Origin: an uncultured bacterium
Lineage (GTDB): Bacteria > Bdellovibrionota > Bacteriovoracia > Bacteriovoracales > CAZZBM01
Length of the DNA stretch: 64,000 bases
Direction: 5' to 3'
NCBI GenBank assembly: GCA_964652255.1
Contig: CAZZBM010000001.1
Span: 440,920-504,919, forward strand
Below the pieces are notes generated by a model. That model was given only the letters and a program-made list of their open reading frames with translations. It had not been told where the DNA came from and did no database searches. Below, piece by piece: positions 35,462 to 45,005 of the stretch. Both the position numbers and the translations under genes were made by a program. Position 1 is the first letter of the stretch, and each line of letters starts with the position of its first letter.

Positions 35462-36234
35462 AAACCATAGTAAAATTTATCTTTTAACTTAGAAAAAAAA
35501 CTTTTTTGAATATTTTTATATAAAAATATTATTTTTTCAGAAGGTTGAATTTGTACAGGTGTTTTTTTTGGTAAAGAAATTTGATGATAACCATCAAGAG
35601 TTAGAGTAAGATCTTCTTGAGAAGAAATTTCTAGGGGGATTTTATTGGAAAGTACCAAAGACCTTGTTAGAAGAGATCTTGAACAAATAGGTGTTAAAAT
35701 AAGAGTTTGAAGTAAAGGATCCACAATAGGTCCACCAGCAGAAAGAGAGTAAGCAGTAGACCCGTAATTAGTGCTTAAAATTAAACCATCTCCTTCCATA
35801 GATAGACTTGTAATTTGATCAGAAAAGTCGATTTGACACATGGTTCTTGTACTTGGATGAAAAACAGCTTCGTTGAAAAAATGATATTTTTTATCAAGAA
35901 TGTTTAAGCAACCAAAGAATCTAGGTTCTTTTTCTAAAAGAGAAAGATTTAAAGGAAAATCTTGTGCTATAAATTCTGGTAAAAAACCAAAATTACCAAA
36001 ATGTAGGCTTAAAAGAGTAGAAGCAGAAGGCATGCAAGAAGTTGCTTTTAAAAAAGTACCATCTCCTCCTAAGGAAAGAAAAGAATCTGATGAAGAAAGA
36101 GAAAGTTTTTGATTATAGAAAACAATGTTTTCATTTGAGAAAAAATTTTTTAAAAAAGAATCAACCTTGTTTTTATAATCTTGAGAAGAATCTTCTTTTA
36201 AAAAAATAATCCATCTATTCAATGTTTTTTCCAA
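35458..36234 (-). CDS. nadK: NAD kinase
   Basis: Motifs GGDGTFL and NYGSTAYSLSAGGPIVDP. Confidence 0.85.
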   Translation of the reverse strand: MEKTLNRWIIFLKEDSSQDYKNKVDSFLKNFFSNENIVFYNQKLSLSSSDSFLSLGGDGTFLKATSCMPSASTLLSLHFGNFGFLPEFIAQDFPLNLSLLEKEPRFFGCLNILDKKYHFFNEAVFHPSTRTMCQIDFSDQITSLSMEGDGLILSTNYGSTAYSLSAGGPIVDPLLQTLILTPICSRSLLTRSLVLSNKIPLEISSQEDLTLTLDGYHQISLPKKTPVQIQPSEKIIFLYKNIQKSFFSKLKDKFYYGF

Positions 36235-36928
36235 TACGATCTGGTCTAAAAGAGAAAGGAAGATTAAACATTTTTAACCATGGCCATGGAATAGAAAGTG
36301 AAAACCAGATAAACATGGCTCTTCCCTTAATATGAGAATAAGGAACTAGTCCCCACACTCTTGAATCACTAGAATGGTCTCTATTATCTCCCATGGCAAA
36401 AAAATATCCAGGAGGAATCACAATTTTATACATATGATTCATGAATTGGTTTTGTTCATCAAAAAGAACGATGTGTTTTTTATTATTAAGAGTTTCTTCA
36501 AAGGCTTCAAATTTTGGAAAAGATCTTTCTAAACCTTTTGTATCTTGGCGATAAGGATCAAAATCTTTTTCAACAATCTCTAAGGGTTCATCATTAAGAT
36601 AAATTCTTTTGTTAATAATCTCTAAACGATCACCTGGAATGGCAATGACTCTTTTAATAAATTCTTTATCAGGATCTTTAGGTGCTTTAAAAATAATAAC
36701 ATCACCTCTTTGAGGTTCTTTAAAAGGAGTTAGATAAATAGGTTCTTTTAAAATTTCTGTATAAGGAACTTTTAAGCCATAAGCAAATTTATTCACTAAA
36801 ACATAGTCACCAATCACTAAAGTTGGGATCATGGATCCAGAAGGAATTTTATAAGGTTCAAAAAAAGAAGACCTTATGGCAAAGACAAAGATGATAAGAC
36901 CTATAAAAGAGAAGATTTGTTTGAGCAT
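36215..36928 (-). CDS. lepB: Signal peptidase I
   Basis: Motifs PSGSMIPTL (catalytic Ser), KRVIAIPGD and GDNRDHSSDSRVWG. Confidence 0.9.
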   Translation of the reverse strand: MLKQIFSFIGLIIFVFAIRSSFFEPYKIPSGSMIPTLVIGDYVLVNKFAYGLKVPYTEILKEPIYLTPFKEPQRGDVIIFKAPKDPDKEFIKRVIAIPGDRLEIINKRIYLNDEPLEIVEKDFDPYRQDTKGLERSFPKFEAFEETLNNKKHIVLFDEQNQFMNHMYKIVIPPGYFFAMGDNRDHSSDSRVWGLVPYSHIKGRAMFIWFSLSIPWPWLKMFNLPFSFRPDRIGKNIE

Positions 36929-36937
36929 GTGTCTTTT

Positions 36938-37522
36938 TTACGAAAAGAGATAATCTTTGGCAATAAGATAAATTTCCTTGCTTTCCTTACGGACTGCTGG
37001 AGGTCTATAAAGAGAAAGAGACTTAAAATATTGTCTTTCTTTTTTTAGTAAAAACTCTAGTTCAGGACCCTCAAAAATTTTAACTACTAAATGACCACCT
37101 TTTTCTAAAAGAATATTTTTTTTTAAAAGAAGATCTTCTACTAGGGAGAGACTTTTTAAATGATCTACATTTTTATGACCTGTGGTTTTTGGAGCCATGT
37201 CAGAAAGAATAAGAGAGAAAGCTTCTTTTTGATCAAGATCTTGTAAGTGATGAATGGTTAAAAAATCCTTCTGTATGAAATTGAGAGATGGGTTTTTAAA
37301 TCCTAAGGGATTTAAATCTAGGGAGGTAATCCGACAAGAATAGTTGCGTAAAAGATACTGAGACCAAGAGCCTGGGCTAGCACCACAGTCAAAAACATTT
37401 TTTAAAGATTTTTTTAAAAAAGGAAATTTTTCAAGAATAGCTTCTAATTTATAGACACTTCTAGCAAGGTATTGTTCTTTTTTTGCTTTCTTAAAATAAA
37501 AATCTTCAGGTATAAAGGACAT
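36938..37522 (-). CDS. rlmE: 23S rRNA (uridine2552-2'-O)-methyltransferase RlmE/FtsJ
   Basis: Motifs ARSVYKLEAI, DCGASPGSWSQY and SDMAPKTTG. Confidence 0.85.
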   Translation of the reverse strand: MSFIPEDFYFKKAKKEQYLARSVYKLEAILEKFPFLKKSLKNVFDCGASPGSWSQYLLRNYSCRITSLDLNPLGFKNPSLNFIQKDFLTIHHLQDLDQKEAFSLILSDMAPKTTGHKNVDHLKSLSLVEDLLLKKNILLEKGGHLVVKIFEGPELEFLLKKERQYFKSLSLYRPPAVRKESKEIYLIAKDYLFS

Positions 37523-37524
37523 AG

Positions 37525-38547
37525 ATGTTTGTAAAAATTTACACTACTTCTTGGTATTTTGTCTTGAAGATTGGAAAAAAATACCTTTATTTTTCTAGAG
37601 GCTTAGAGCCTAGAGTTTTTTTTAAAGAAGAAGCTCCTAAAATTTTTCTTAGAAGGCAAGATCGTTTTCTAGATCTTTTTAGATCTCAGTTTAGAAATAA
37701 AAAATTAGAAAAAATTTTAATAGAAAAAGAATTTATAAAAATTTTTTTCAAAGAAGGAGTTGTTTATTTTTTTTGGACTAAAAAGGGCTTGAATTTTGTT
37801 TTTGATTTTGATTCAAGTTCTTTTTGTTCATGGACTAAAAAAAAGTTTTCTCAAGAAGAATTTTCAAGCTTTAAGTTCTTAACTCTTGTTCAAGAAGAGT
37901 TAGATGAAGAAAAAGCTTATAAAGAATTTAATGAGAAAGTTTCTTTAAAAGAGAAGTATTTAAAAGATTTAGAGAAGGGTTTAAAAAATTTAGATCAAGG
38001 TATCAACTTAAAAAAAGATTTACTGAGTTCAAAAATAGATCTTTCACAAGATTTTCTTTTTTATCACGGTTTAAAGATTTCTTTTAAAAAAAGTGATTCT
38101 TTTTATCAAAAAAGAGATAAAGTTTTTCAAAAAGTCAAAGCCTATGAAGATAAAAAAAAAATTGTTTTAGAAAAAATTAATCTTTTAAAAGAGAAAAATA
38201 TAAAAGAAAAAAAACTCCCTATGAAACAACCTTACTGGAATAGGTCTGATGAAGTTATTTTTGATGAAAAAGATTATTTTTTAGCCATAGGTAGAAACTT
38301 AGAAGAAAACATGAAGCTTTTTAATCAGTATAAGAAGAAAGAGGATTTTTTTTTTCTTCATTTAGAAGGACAATCATCAGCTTTTGGTTTTTTAAAGACT
38401 ACTCATGAGTTGGGTTTAACTTTAGGAGTTTTAAAATATCAAGATTTTTTAAAAACCCAAGGCAAGGTGATGTTAGTAAAGCTCTCTCTGGTGCAATTAA
38501 AAAAGAATGGTCAGGTTTTGGTGAAAAATTTTGAGGTAAAGTCGTGA
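37525..38547 (+). CDS. Mini NFACT/RqcH-like protein with DUF814 (NFACT-R_1)-like C-terminal domain
   Basis: 340 aa with a central coiled coil. The C-terminal YFLAIGRNLEENMKLFNQYKKKEDFFFLHLEGQSSAFGFL matches the recalled DUF814 pattern iGRN..eN..L....D.WfH...GsH. Confidence 0.45.
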   Translation: MFVKIYTTSWYFVLKIGKKYLYFSRGLEPRVFFKEEAPKIFLRRQDRFLDLFRSQFRNKKLEKILIEKEFIKIFFKEGVVYFFWTKKGLNFVFDFDSSSFCSWTKKKFSQEEFSSFKFLTLVQEELDEEKAYKEFNEKVSLKEKYLKDLEKGLKNLDQGINLKKDLLSSKIDLSQDFLFYHGLKISFKKSDSFYQKRDKVFQKVKAYEDKKKIVLEKINLLKEKNIKEKKLPMKQPYWNRSDEVIFDEKDYFLAIGRNLEENMKLFNQYKKKEDFFFLHLEGQSSAFGFLKTTHELGLTLGVLKYQDFLKTQGKVMLVKLSLVQLKKNGQVLVKNFEVKS

Positions 38548-38574
38548 TTTTTTATTAAAAATAGTATAAAATCA

Positions 38575-39528
38575 ATGCTTATGAAAACTCAAAAAGATAT
38601 TGTAGTTGAAACCCTAGAGGAAGCAAAAAAAGTTATTTTTGGTCAAGATGAATTATTAGAAGGGATCTTATGTGCTCTTATTTGTCAGGGACATCTTTTA
38701 GTAGAAGGAATGCCAGGACTTGGAAAAACTTTAAGTATATCTTTGTTAGCTCGTCTATGTGATTTAAAGTTTCAAAGAATTCAATTTACCCCTGATCTTC
38801 TTCCTTCTGATCTTATAGGAACCATGATTTATTCTGCACAAAAAGAAGAGTTTCAGACAAAATTTGGTCCTATTTTTACTCAGTTACTCTTAGCTGATGA
38901 GATCAATAGATCTCCAGCAAAAGTTCAGGCTGCTCTTCTAGAAGCCATGGCAGAAAGGCAAGTGACCATAGGAGAGAAAACTTATCCTTTATCAAATAAT
39001 TTTGTCGTCATGGCGACACAAAATCCTATAGAACAGGAAGGAACCTATCCTCTCCCTGAAGCTCAGTTGGATCGTTTTATGATGAAGGTTCAAGTAGATT
39101 ATCCTGATTTTGAGGAAGAGAGAAAAATTTTACATTTAAAGGAAAATCCTTTGAGTTATTTAAAACCTCTTTTAAATGAAAAAAATCTAGAGGCTTTAAA
39201 ACAAGAAGTTAAAAGTATTTATGTTGATCCAAAGATAGAAGAAGTTATTGTTAAAATTGTTCAATCAACTCGTCCTGGAAATGTGTTGTTTCCGAAAAAA
39301 TTTGAATCTCTTATTATAGCAGGAGCTTCACCTAGGGCTAGTCTTTGGTTGTATAAAGTTTCAAAATTTGAAGCTTTTTTAAAGGGTCGAGATTTTGTTT
39401 CTCCTGAGGATTTATTAGCTTGTGGTAGTAAAATATTATCACATAGACTGATTCTTTCTTATGAAGCTTTGGCAGATAAGGTTAAGGTTCAAGATCTTGT
39501 AGAAACTCTTATTAAAAACTATCTATGA
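38575..39528 (+). CDS. moxR: MoxR-family AAA+ ATPase
   Basis: Motifs GMPGLGKT (Walker A), LLADEINRSPAKVQAALLEAM (Walker B/sensor) and ATQNPIEQEGTYPLPEAQLDRF. Confidence 0.85.
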   Translation: MLMKTQKDIVVETLEEAKKVIFGQDELLEGILCALICQGHLLVEGMPGLGKTLSISLLARLCDLKFQRIQFTPDLLPSDLIGTMIYSAQKEEFQTKFGPIFTQLLLADEINRSPAKVQAALLEAMAERQVTIGEKTYPLSNNFVVMATQNPIEQEGTYPLPEAQLDRFMMKVQVDYPDFEEERKILHLKENPLSYLKPLLNEKNLEALKQEVKSIYVDPKIEEVIVKIVQSTRPGNVLFPKKFESLIIAGASPRASLWLYKVSKFEAFLKGRDFVSPEDLLACGSKILSHRLILSYEALADKVKVQDLVETLIKNYL

Positions 39529-40331
39529 TTGATTTAAAGAAAGTAAGGCATATTGCTCAAAGATATAAAACCTTGCAACTGCAAAAATCTTTAAGTGATT
39601 ATTCAGGACAGTTAAGATCTAAGTTTAGGGGACAAGGTCTTCAATTTAAAGAGCATTTTCTTTATGTTCCTGGGGATGATATTCGTTTTATAGACTGGAA
39701 ACTTACAGCTAGGTCTCAAAGACTTTATGTAAAAAGTTTTGAAGAAGAAAGAAATTTAGATATTCATGTTTTTTTAGATATTTCTGAAAGTATGTTTCTT
39801 AGACAAGAAAATAAATCTAAATTAGAAGCTTACTTAGAAAGTATAGCTTTACTTTATTTAATTTTTGAAAAAACAAAAGATTTTTTAACAGTACATCTCT
39901 TTTTTGAATCTCTTTACTCTTTACCTCAACTTAGTGGTATGATTGGTTTTTCTACTTTTTTGAATCTTTTAAAAAAGGTAGGACTTTATCATGATTCTAA
40001 CATTGTTGCTTATACTCAAGTAAAAAAATACCCTTTAGAAAATAAAATCAAAGAAATAACAAGGTGGGTCAGTAAAAAAAAAGAAGTTATTATTTTTTCT
40101 GAATTTGAAGATTTAAATACAAAGCTAGAGCAGTTATTGAAGAAAAATCAATGTCACCCTTTTAGATACTTGGTAGAGCTTGAAATTTATAAGAATGAAG
40201 CTATAAGAATTCCTTCTGCTGAGGGATTATTGTCTTTAAATTCTGAAAAAGCTATGAATGATGAAAATAAATTAATTAGATCAATTTTGATGAATGATCA
40301 ATACTTAGAATCTTTTGGACATTATTTATGA
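39525..40331 (+). CDS. DUF58-domain protein (MoxR partner)
   Basis: Contains GDDIRFIDWKLTAR, followed by a VWA-like region FLDISESM. ATGA overlap with moxR. Confidence 0.75.
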   Translation: MIDLKKVRHIAQRYKTLQLQKSLSDYSGQLRSKFRGQGLQFKEHFLYVPGDDIRFIDWKLTARSQRLYVKSFEEERNLDIHVFLDISESMFLRQENKSKLEAYLESIALLYLIFEKTKDFLTVHLFFESLYSLPQLSGMIGFSTFLNLLKKVGLYHDSNIVAYTQVKKYPLENKIKEITRWVSKKKEVIIFSEFEDLNTKLEQLLKKNQCHPFRYLVELEIYKNEAIRIPSAEGLLSLNSEKAMNDENKLIRSILMNDQYLESFGHYL

Positions 40332-40945
40332 TAGGTTTTTTATTAGCAGATTTAGTTTTAAAACCTTTAGAGGAAAAAGAATCTTTAATAGCAGGTCAGG
40401 ATTATTTTTTTCTTGTAGAGGGTCAGGAGGATAAAAAATATACCAAAGAATATCTTGAAGAAACTTTTTATGTTGTGAGTGATTTTGAGAAAGATGGTTC
40501 AAGATATTTTCATGTCGTCTATTTAGGTCAATTTAAACAAGCCTTAAAACATCAAGAGAGTTTAATTACTGTTAAAAATCTTGAAGAAAGTCAAATAAAA
40601 ACAAAAGACATTAAAAGATTTATCTACTTTAGATTTTTTCATTTAGGTTTTTGGGTTCAAATTTTACTAGGGTTATTTTCTTTATTGATAGGTTTTTTAG
40701 TTTTTAATTTTTTTAGAAAAAAATTTCTCTTTTTAAGAGAATCAAAAAAAGTTAAAAAAGAATTTTCTCAATTTTCTACAAGAGATGATTTTGAATCTTT
40801 ACTCAGAAGAAGATCTTATTACGAGTTTTATTTAAAAAAAGACTTAGCTGATTTAATTCAGCTCATTAAAACGAAGCAATACCATCCTCATTGGGATGAA
40901 GAGTTTTTATTTTTATGTAAAAAAGAGTTAAAAAACTATGTTTGA
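40328..40945 (+). CDS. Hypothetical single-TM protein in the Bat operon
   Basis: One TM segment (FWVQILLGLFSLLIGFLVFNFF). Its position between the DUF58 gene and batA is typical of small Bat-operon membrane proteins. No motif was recognised. Confidence 0.3.
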   Translation: MIGFLLADLVLKPLEEKESLIAGQDYFFLVEGQEDKKYTKEYLEETFYVVSDFEKDGSRYFHVVYLGQFKQALKHQESLITVKNLEESQIKTKDIKRFIYFRFFHLGFWVQILLGLFSLLIGFLVFNFFRKKFLFLRESKKVKKEFSQFSTRDDFESLLRRRSYYEFYLKKDLADLIQLIKTKQYHPHWDEEFLFLCKKELKNYV

Positions 40946-41870
40946 AAATTTATTTTTTCAACACCCTTATTTTATTTTAATTGGATTGGGAGTCTATTTA
41001 CTTTGGGTGATTGATTTTTTTTATTTATTTCAAAAGAGTCAGATTTTTTTTAGAAAAAAAGTAATAAAAAAACCTTCTCTATCCTTGTTTTTTTTAGGAA
41101 CACTTGGTTTTCTTCTTTTGAGCCTTTCTTTGGGATTACCAAGGGTAAGAAAAGACCTAGGTCCTAAAGATGAAAAACTTAATGATCTATTTTTTTTAAT
41201 AGATGTTTCTTTATCTATGATGGTGAATGATTACAAACCTTCAAGATTAGAAGCTGCTAAAAAGGTAGCCCTTGATTTTGTTCAGCTTAATTCAAAAAAT
41301 AGATTTGGAATTATTCTTTTTGCAGAAAAAGTTTTTACTTTTCTTCCTCTCACAACTGATCAAGATGTTGTGATAGATTCTTTAAGAAAAATTACAATTA
41401 TGGAAAATAAGCTTGGGGGTAAAACCAATATAGGGGATGCACTGGCTTTAATGGTTTTAAAAGTAAAGAGTAGTGAAGCTAAGCATAAAACAGCCATTTT
41501 AATTACTGACGGGGTAAGCAATGAAGGGATACCCCCAATAGAAGCTTTAAAAATAGTTCAAGAAGCTAATATTAAAGTTTACACCGTGGGTGTTGGAACA
41601 AAACATACTGTTAAAAGAGCTGAGTTAGAAGTTGATTTTGAATTATTAAAAAAAATAGCTCAAAAAACTGGTGCTAAAAGCTATTTAGCTAAAGATGAAA
41701 AAAGTTTAGAAGATATTTTTAAAGAAATTGAATCTTTGGAAAAAAAAGAAATCAAGGTTGATTCAGAAGATTATTTTGATGAAAAATTTTATCCATTAGC
41801 TTTGTTAGGTGTTATTTTTATTTTTTTAACTGAAATCATTAAAAGATTTTTTTTAAAGGAATTATTATGA
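40938..41870 (+). CDS. batA: VWA-domain membrane protein BatA
   Basis: N-terminal TM segments and a VWA MIDAS motif, FFLIDVSLSMMVNDYKPSRLEAAK...ILITDGVSN. There is also a C-terminal TM segment. Confidence 0.75.
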   Translation: MFENLFFQHPYFILIGLGVYLLWVIDFFYLFQKSQIFFRKKVIKKPSLSLFFLGTLGFLLLSLSLGLPRVRKDLGPKDEKLNDLFFLIDVSLSMMVNDYKPSRLEAAKKVALDFVQLNSKNRFGIILFAEKVFTFLPLTTDQDVVIDSLRKITIMENKLGGKTNIGDALALMVLKVKSSEAKHKTAILITDGVSNEGIPPIEALKIVQEANIKVYTVGVGTKHTVKRAELEVDFELLKKIAQKTGAKSYLAKDEKSLEDIFKEIESLEKKEIKVDSEDYFDEKFYPLALLGVIFIFLTEIIKRFFLKELL

Positions 41871-43414
41871 CTATTTTAAAACCAGAAATGTTTTTTTTAG
41901 TTTTAGTTTTTGGTCTTGTTCTTATTTTTGTTTATAGGTTTAAAGAAAGAAAGCTAGAAAAAATACTCTCTTTTTATCCCTTTAAAAAAAGATTTTTCTT
42001 TTCTTTAAATTCTTATCTATTTTTAATAGGTTTTTTCTTCTTAATGGTATCCTTACTTGATTTTAGAGGAGAAGGAGAAAAAATAGCCATGGAAGGAAAG
42101 AGTGTTGATCTGATGATTCTTTTAGATCAATCCACAAGTATGCTTTGTGAAGATGTGAGTCCTAGTAGGAAAGAGAAGTCATTGTTTTTTGCTAAATATC
42201 TTATTAGAAATTTGAATTCTGTAAAAACATCTTTAGGAGTTTTTGCAGAAAATTATCAAGAAATTTCTCCCTTTACTCTAGATAAAGATTACTTAGAGTC
42301 TAAATTAGATCAGTTAAAAGATTCTTTTATGGGAGGTTCTAGTGAAATCAGACTTTCCTTGCAAGAAGCTGTTCAAAAAGTGATTTCTAGAAAAAAAAGA
42401 AATATTTTAATTTTAATGATTACAGATGCTGAAGAGCAAGATATTACTTTTTCTCTTGATCTTCCTGCTAACTTGCAACTAGGTCTTGTTGTTGTGGGTA
42501 CTGAAGAGGGAGGTCCCATTCCTTTTAAAGATGCTTCAAAGAATATAACAGGGTATAAAATGCATAATGGGGAAAAAGTTATTACCAAAAGAGGAAGCAA
42601 GATTGTTTCTTATTTGAAAGAGAGAATCTCTGGAGTTAAGGTGTGGATTTTAGATCAAAAATCTTTTCCTGCTGATCAAATTATTTCTTTTATTCAATAT
42701 TCAGCTAAAAATGAATTCAATCAAGAAGTTATTTACAAAAAAAATTACCATACATACTTCTCCTTATTAGGTTTATTTTTTATTGTCTTATCTCTTCTTT
42801 CTAGAAGAGGCTTGATTCTTTATTTCTTTCTTATTTCCATAGCTCATGCTGAAGAGATTCAAATAGATTTAATAGAAAAAAGAAAAAAAGCAGATGAATT
42901 TTTAAAACAAGAGAAATATCTTCAAAGTAAAATTCTTTATGAAGATTTATTAAAAACTTTTCCAAATGATTTGAAGATTAAATTTAATCTAGCAACAAGT
43001 TATTTGGGTTTGCACGATTTTTCAGAAGCTTTGAAAATTTTTAGTGAATTAAAGGACCTTGATGATTATAAAAGAGCTAATGTGTTATTTGCTTTGAAAA
43101 AAAAATCTTGTAATAACCCTAAAAAGGAAGACAATAAGGAAGACAATAAAGATCAAAAACAAAATAATAATCAAGAAAATAAAAATGATCAGAGTCAAAA
43201 TAATGACAACAATAAAGATGAGAAAAATAATGAAAACAACAAGAGAAAAAACGATCAAAGTCAACAACAAGTTAATCAAGACCAAAAAGACTATAAGACA
43301 CAGGCTTTAGAAGAATTTTTGCAAAAAATAAAAGAACAAGATTCAAGTTTGCAAAAAGATAAAGATACTAAGAAAAAGGGATTGTATGGTAGGGGTTCTA
43401 AGAAAGATTGGTAG
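41867..43414 (+). CDS. batB: VWA-domain protein BatB fused to a BatC-like TPR region and a low-complexity tail
   Basis: The VWA domain has LMILLDQSTSM...LMITDAEEQ. After a TM segment come TPR-like repeats (ILYEDLLKTFPNDLKIKFNLATSYLGLHDFSEALKIF). The tail is rich in N, K, D and Q. Confidence 0.7.
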   Translation: MTILKPEMFFLVLVFGLVLIFVYRFKERKLEKILSFYPFKKRFFFSLNSYLFLIGFFFLMVSLLDFRGEGEKIAMEGKSVDLMILLDQSTSMLCEDVSPSRKEKSLFFAKYLIRNLNSVKTSLGVFAENYQEISPFTLDKDYLESKLDQLKDSFMGGSSEIRLSLQEAVQKVISRKKRNILILMITDAEEQDITFSLDLPANLQLGLVVVGTEEGGPIPFKDASKNITGYKMHNGEKVITKRGSKIVSYLKERISGVKVWILDQKSFPADQIISFIQYSAKNEFNQEVIYKKNYHTYFSLLGLFFIVLSLLSRRGLILYFFLISIAHAEEIQIDLIEKRKKADEFLKQEKYLQSKILYEDLLKTFPNDLKIKFNLATSYLGLHDFSEALKIFSELKDLDDYKRANVLFALKKKSCNNPKKEDNKEDNKDQKQNNNQENKNDQSQNNDNNKDEKNNENNKRKNDQSQQQVNQDQKDYKTQALEEFLQKIKEQDSSLQKDKDTKKKGLYGRGSKKDW

Positions 43415-45005
43415 TTTTTGTCTTGTCTTTTATTCTTTTCATCTTTTTTCTTACGAAATTAGACTTGAAAAAGAATTTTTTTCTGTAGGGGATTTTACAA
43501 GGCTTATTATTGAAGGATCTTTAGGAAATAAGACAGTTACTTTAGATGCACATGAAAATTTAAGAGTAATAGGTCCCTCTCATTCTTCTCAAACAGCTAT
43601 TAAAGTTATTAATGGTAAAATGACTAAAGAGTCCTATGAATCTGTTCAGTATCAAATTATGGGTACTCAAAGAGGAGAATACTCTTTAAAAGTAAAAATA
43701 GATAATAAAATTGCTAAGGAATTTAATTTAAAGATAGGTGAGGCTAAAAAATCTCAAGATATTTTTATTAAAGCTGTTGTTAATGAAGAAGAGATTTATC
43801 CAGGTTCTGAAGTTCAAGTTGATTATTATTTATATATTCATGAAGGCATAGCTTTAAAGTATAAAGGAATGTCTTCGGACACTGTTTTACCTGAACATGA
43901 GACTTTAAATATTCAATGGTCGGGAGCTCAACAGAAACAAAAAATAGAAACAGTGATAGAAAATGGATTAAGATACAGAAGAATTCTTCTTCTTTCAGGA
44001 AAAGTGACAACTTATTCTGAAGGAGAATTTGAAATACAGCCTTTTATTGGGACTGCTATCTTTGCAGATCAAAATGAAGAAAGAGTTTTTTTTGATCTTT
44101 TCTCTATAAATAATGATAAAGCTTTAAGGCTTGTCTCTAATACTTTAAAAATTAAGACAGTAAATCTTCCAGTTCTTCAACCCAAAAACTTTTTAGGTTT
44201 TATGGCTAATTCTTTAGAGGAAGCTTCTTTTTCTATAGATCATCAATTTTTAAAGAAAGATACAGAGGGTTTTTTAAAGTTTAAAATTGTTTCTAGTAGG
44301 TATTTAAGATCTTTTAATAAGGATTTATTTTTAGATACTATTTTTCAAGATCTTGATTGGAAAAATAAAGATCTTATTGTTTTTTCTCCAGAAGAAAAAA
44401 CAGAAAAAAAAGATCAAAAAACAGAGAAAGAGTATACTTGGACTATTGTTCCTAAAAGAAGTTTTACTCTAGAAGAAAAAGAACATGAATTTTCTTATTT
44501 TAATTTAAAGAATAAAACTTATGAACAATTTTTAGTAAAAGTTCCAAAAATAGAGTCTGTAATCTTGTCTCAAGATCTTGAAGTAAAAAAAGACGAAGAA
44601 ATAAAAAATTCTCTAGAAGAGGAATATGTTAAAACTGATTGGAAAAATAATATTTTATGGAAATATTTTTATTATGTAAATCTTTTTATCTTTTACTTTT
44701 TGTTTTTATGGATTTTTATCAAAAAAACTTTTTTAAGAGAAAAAAAGGAGTGGGAAGTTCTCTATGAAAAGATGGATAAAAATTTAAATTATGAAAATTT
44801 CTTTTTATTGCTTATGTATTTATCAAAAAAAATGGGTACAAAAGATTTATTGAAGGCTTTACAGGAGTTAAAGTTTAAGGATTACTTTATTGATCTTTAT
44901 CAAAAGCTTAATCAAGATAAATTTAAGGATCATGAACAGTTAATGTTGAAAAAAAATAAAAAGGCATTAAAGGAATTGAAAAAATTGTTAAAAAAACATG
45001 GATAG
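43386..45005 (+). CDS. batD: BatD-like oxygen-tolerance protein
   Basis: Signal peptide, a beta-rich ectodomain and a C-terminal TM segment (YVNLFIFYFLFLWIFI). The call rests on its position after batB. Confidence 0.5.
   Translation: MVGVLRKIGSFCLVFYSFHLFSYEIRLEKEFFSVGDFTRLIIEGSLGNKTVTLDAHENLRVIGPSHSSQTAIKVINGKMTKESYESVQYQIMGTQRGEYSLKVKIDNKIAKEFNLKIGEAKKSQDIFIKAVVNEEEIYPGSEVQVDYYLYIHEGIALKYKGMSSDTVLPEHETLNIQWSGAQQKQKIETVIENGLRYRRILLLSGKVTTYSEGEFEIQPFIGTAIFADQNEERVFFDLFSINNDKALRLVSNTLKIKTVNLPVLQPKNFLGFMANSLEEASFSIDHQFLKKDTEGFLKFKIVSSRYLRSFNKDLFLDTIFQDLDWKNKDLIVFSPEEKTEKKDQKTEKEYTWTIVPKRSFTLEEKEHEFSYFNLKNKTYEQFLVKVPKIESVILSQDLEVKKDEEIKNSLEEEYVKTDWKNNILWKYFYYVNLFIFYFLFLWIFIKKTFLREKKEWEVLYEKMDKNLNYENFFLLLMYLSKKMGTKDLLKALQELKFKDYFIDLYQKLNQDKFKDHEQLMLKKNKKALKELKKLLKKHG

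Noticed and set aside
43085-43285. A hydrophobic 66-aa antisense ORF (MVLINLLLTLIVFSLVVFIIFLIF...) that looks like a membrane peptide.
   Set aside because: It is the reverse-complement reading of the Asn/Lys/Asp/Gln low-complexity tail of batB/C (AAT/AAA/GAT-rich sense codons give ATT/TTT/ATC antisense codons). This is a compositional artefact.
43120-43290. Repetitive-looking DNA (AATAA/GAAGACAATAA/AAAAATGA periodicity), considered as a tandem repeat or CRISPR-like array.
   Set aside because: It is in frame within batB/C and encodes a low-complexity N/K/D/Q tail. There are no regularly spaced identical repeats with unique spacers. No CRISPR-like structure was seen anywhere in the window.
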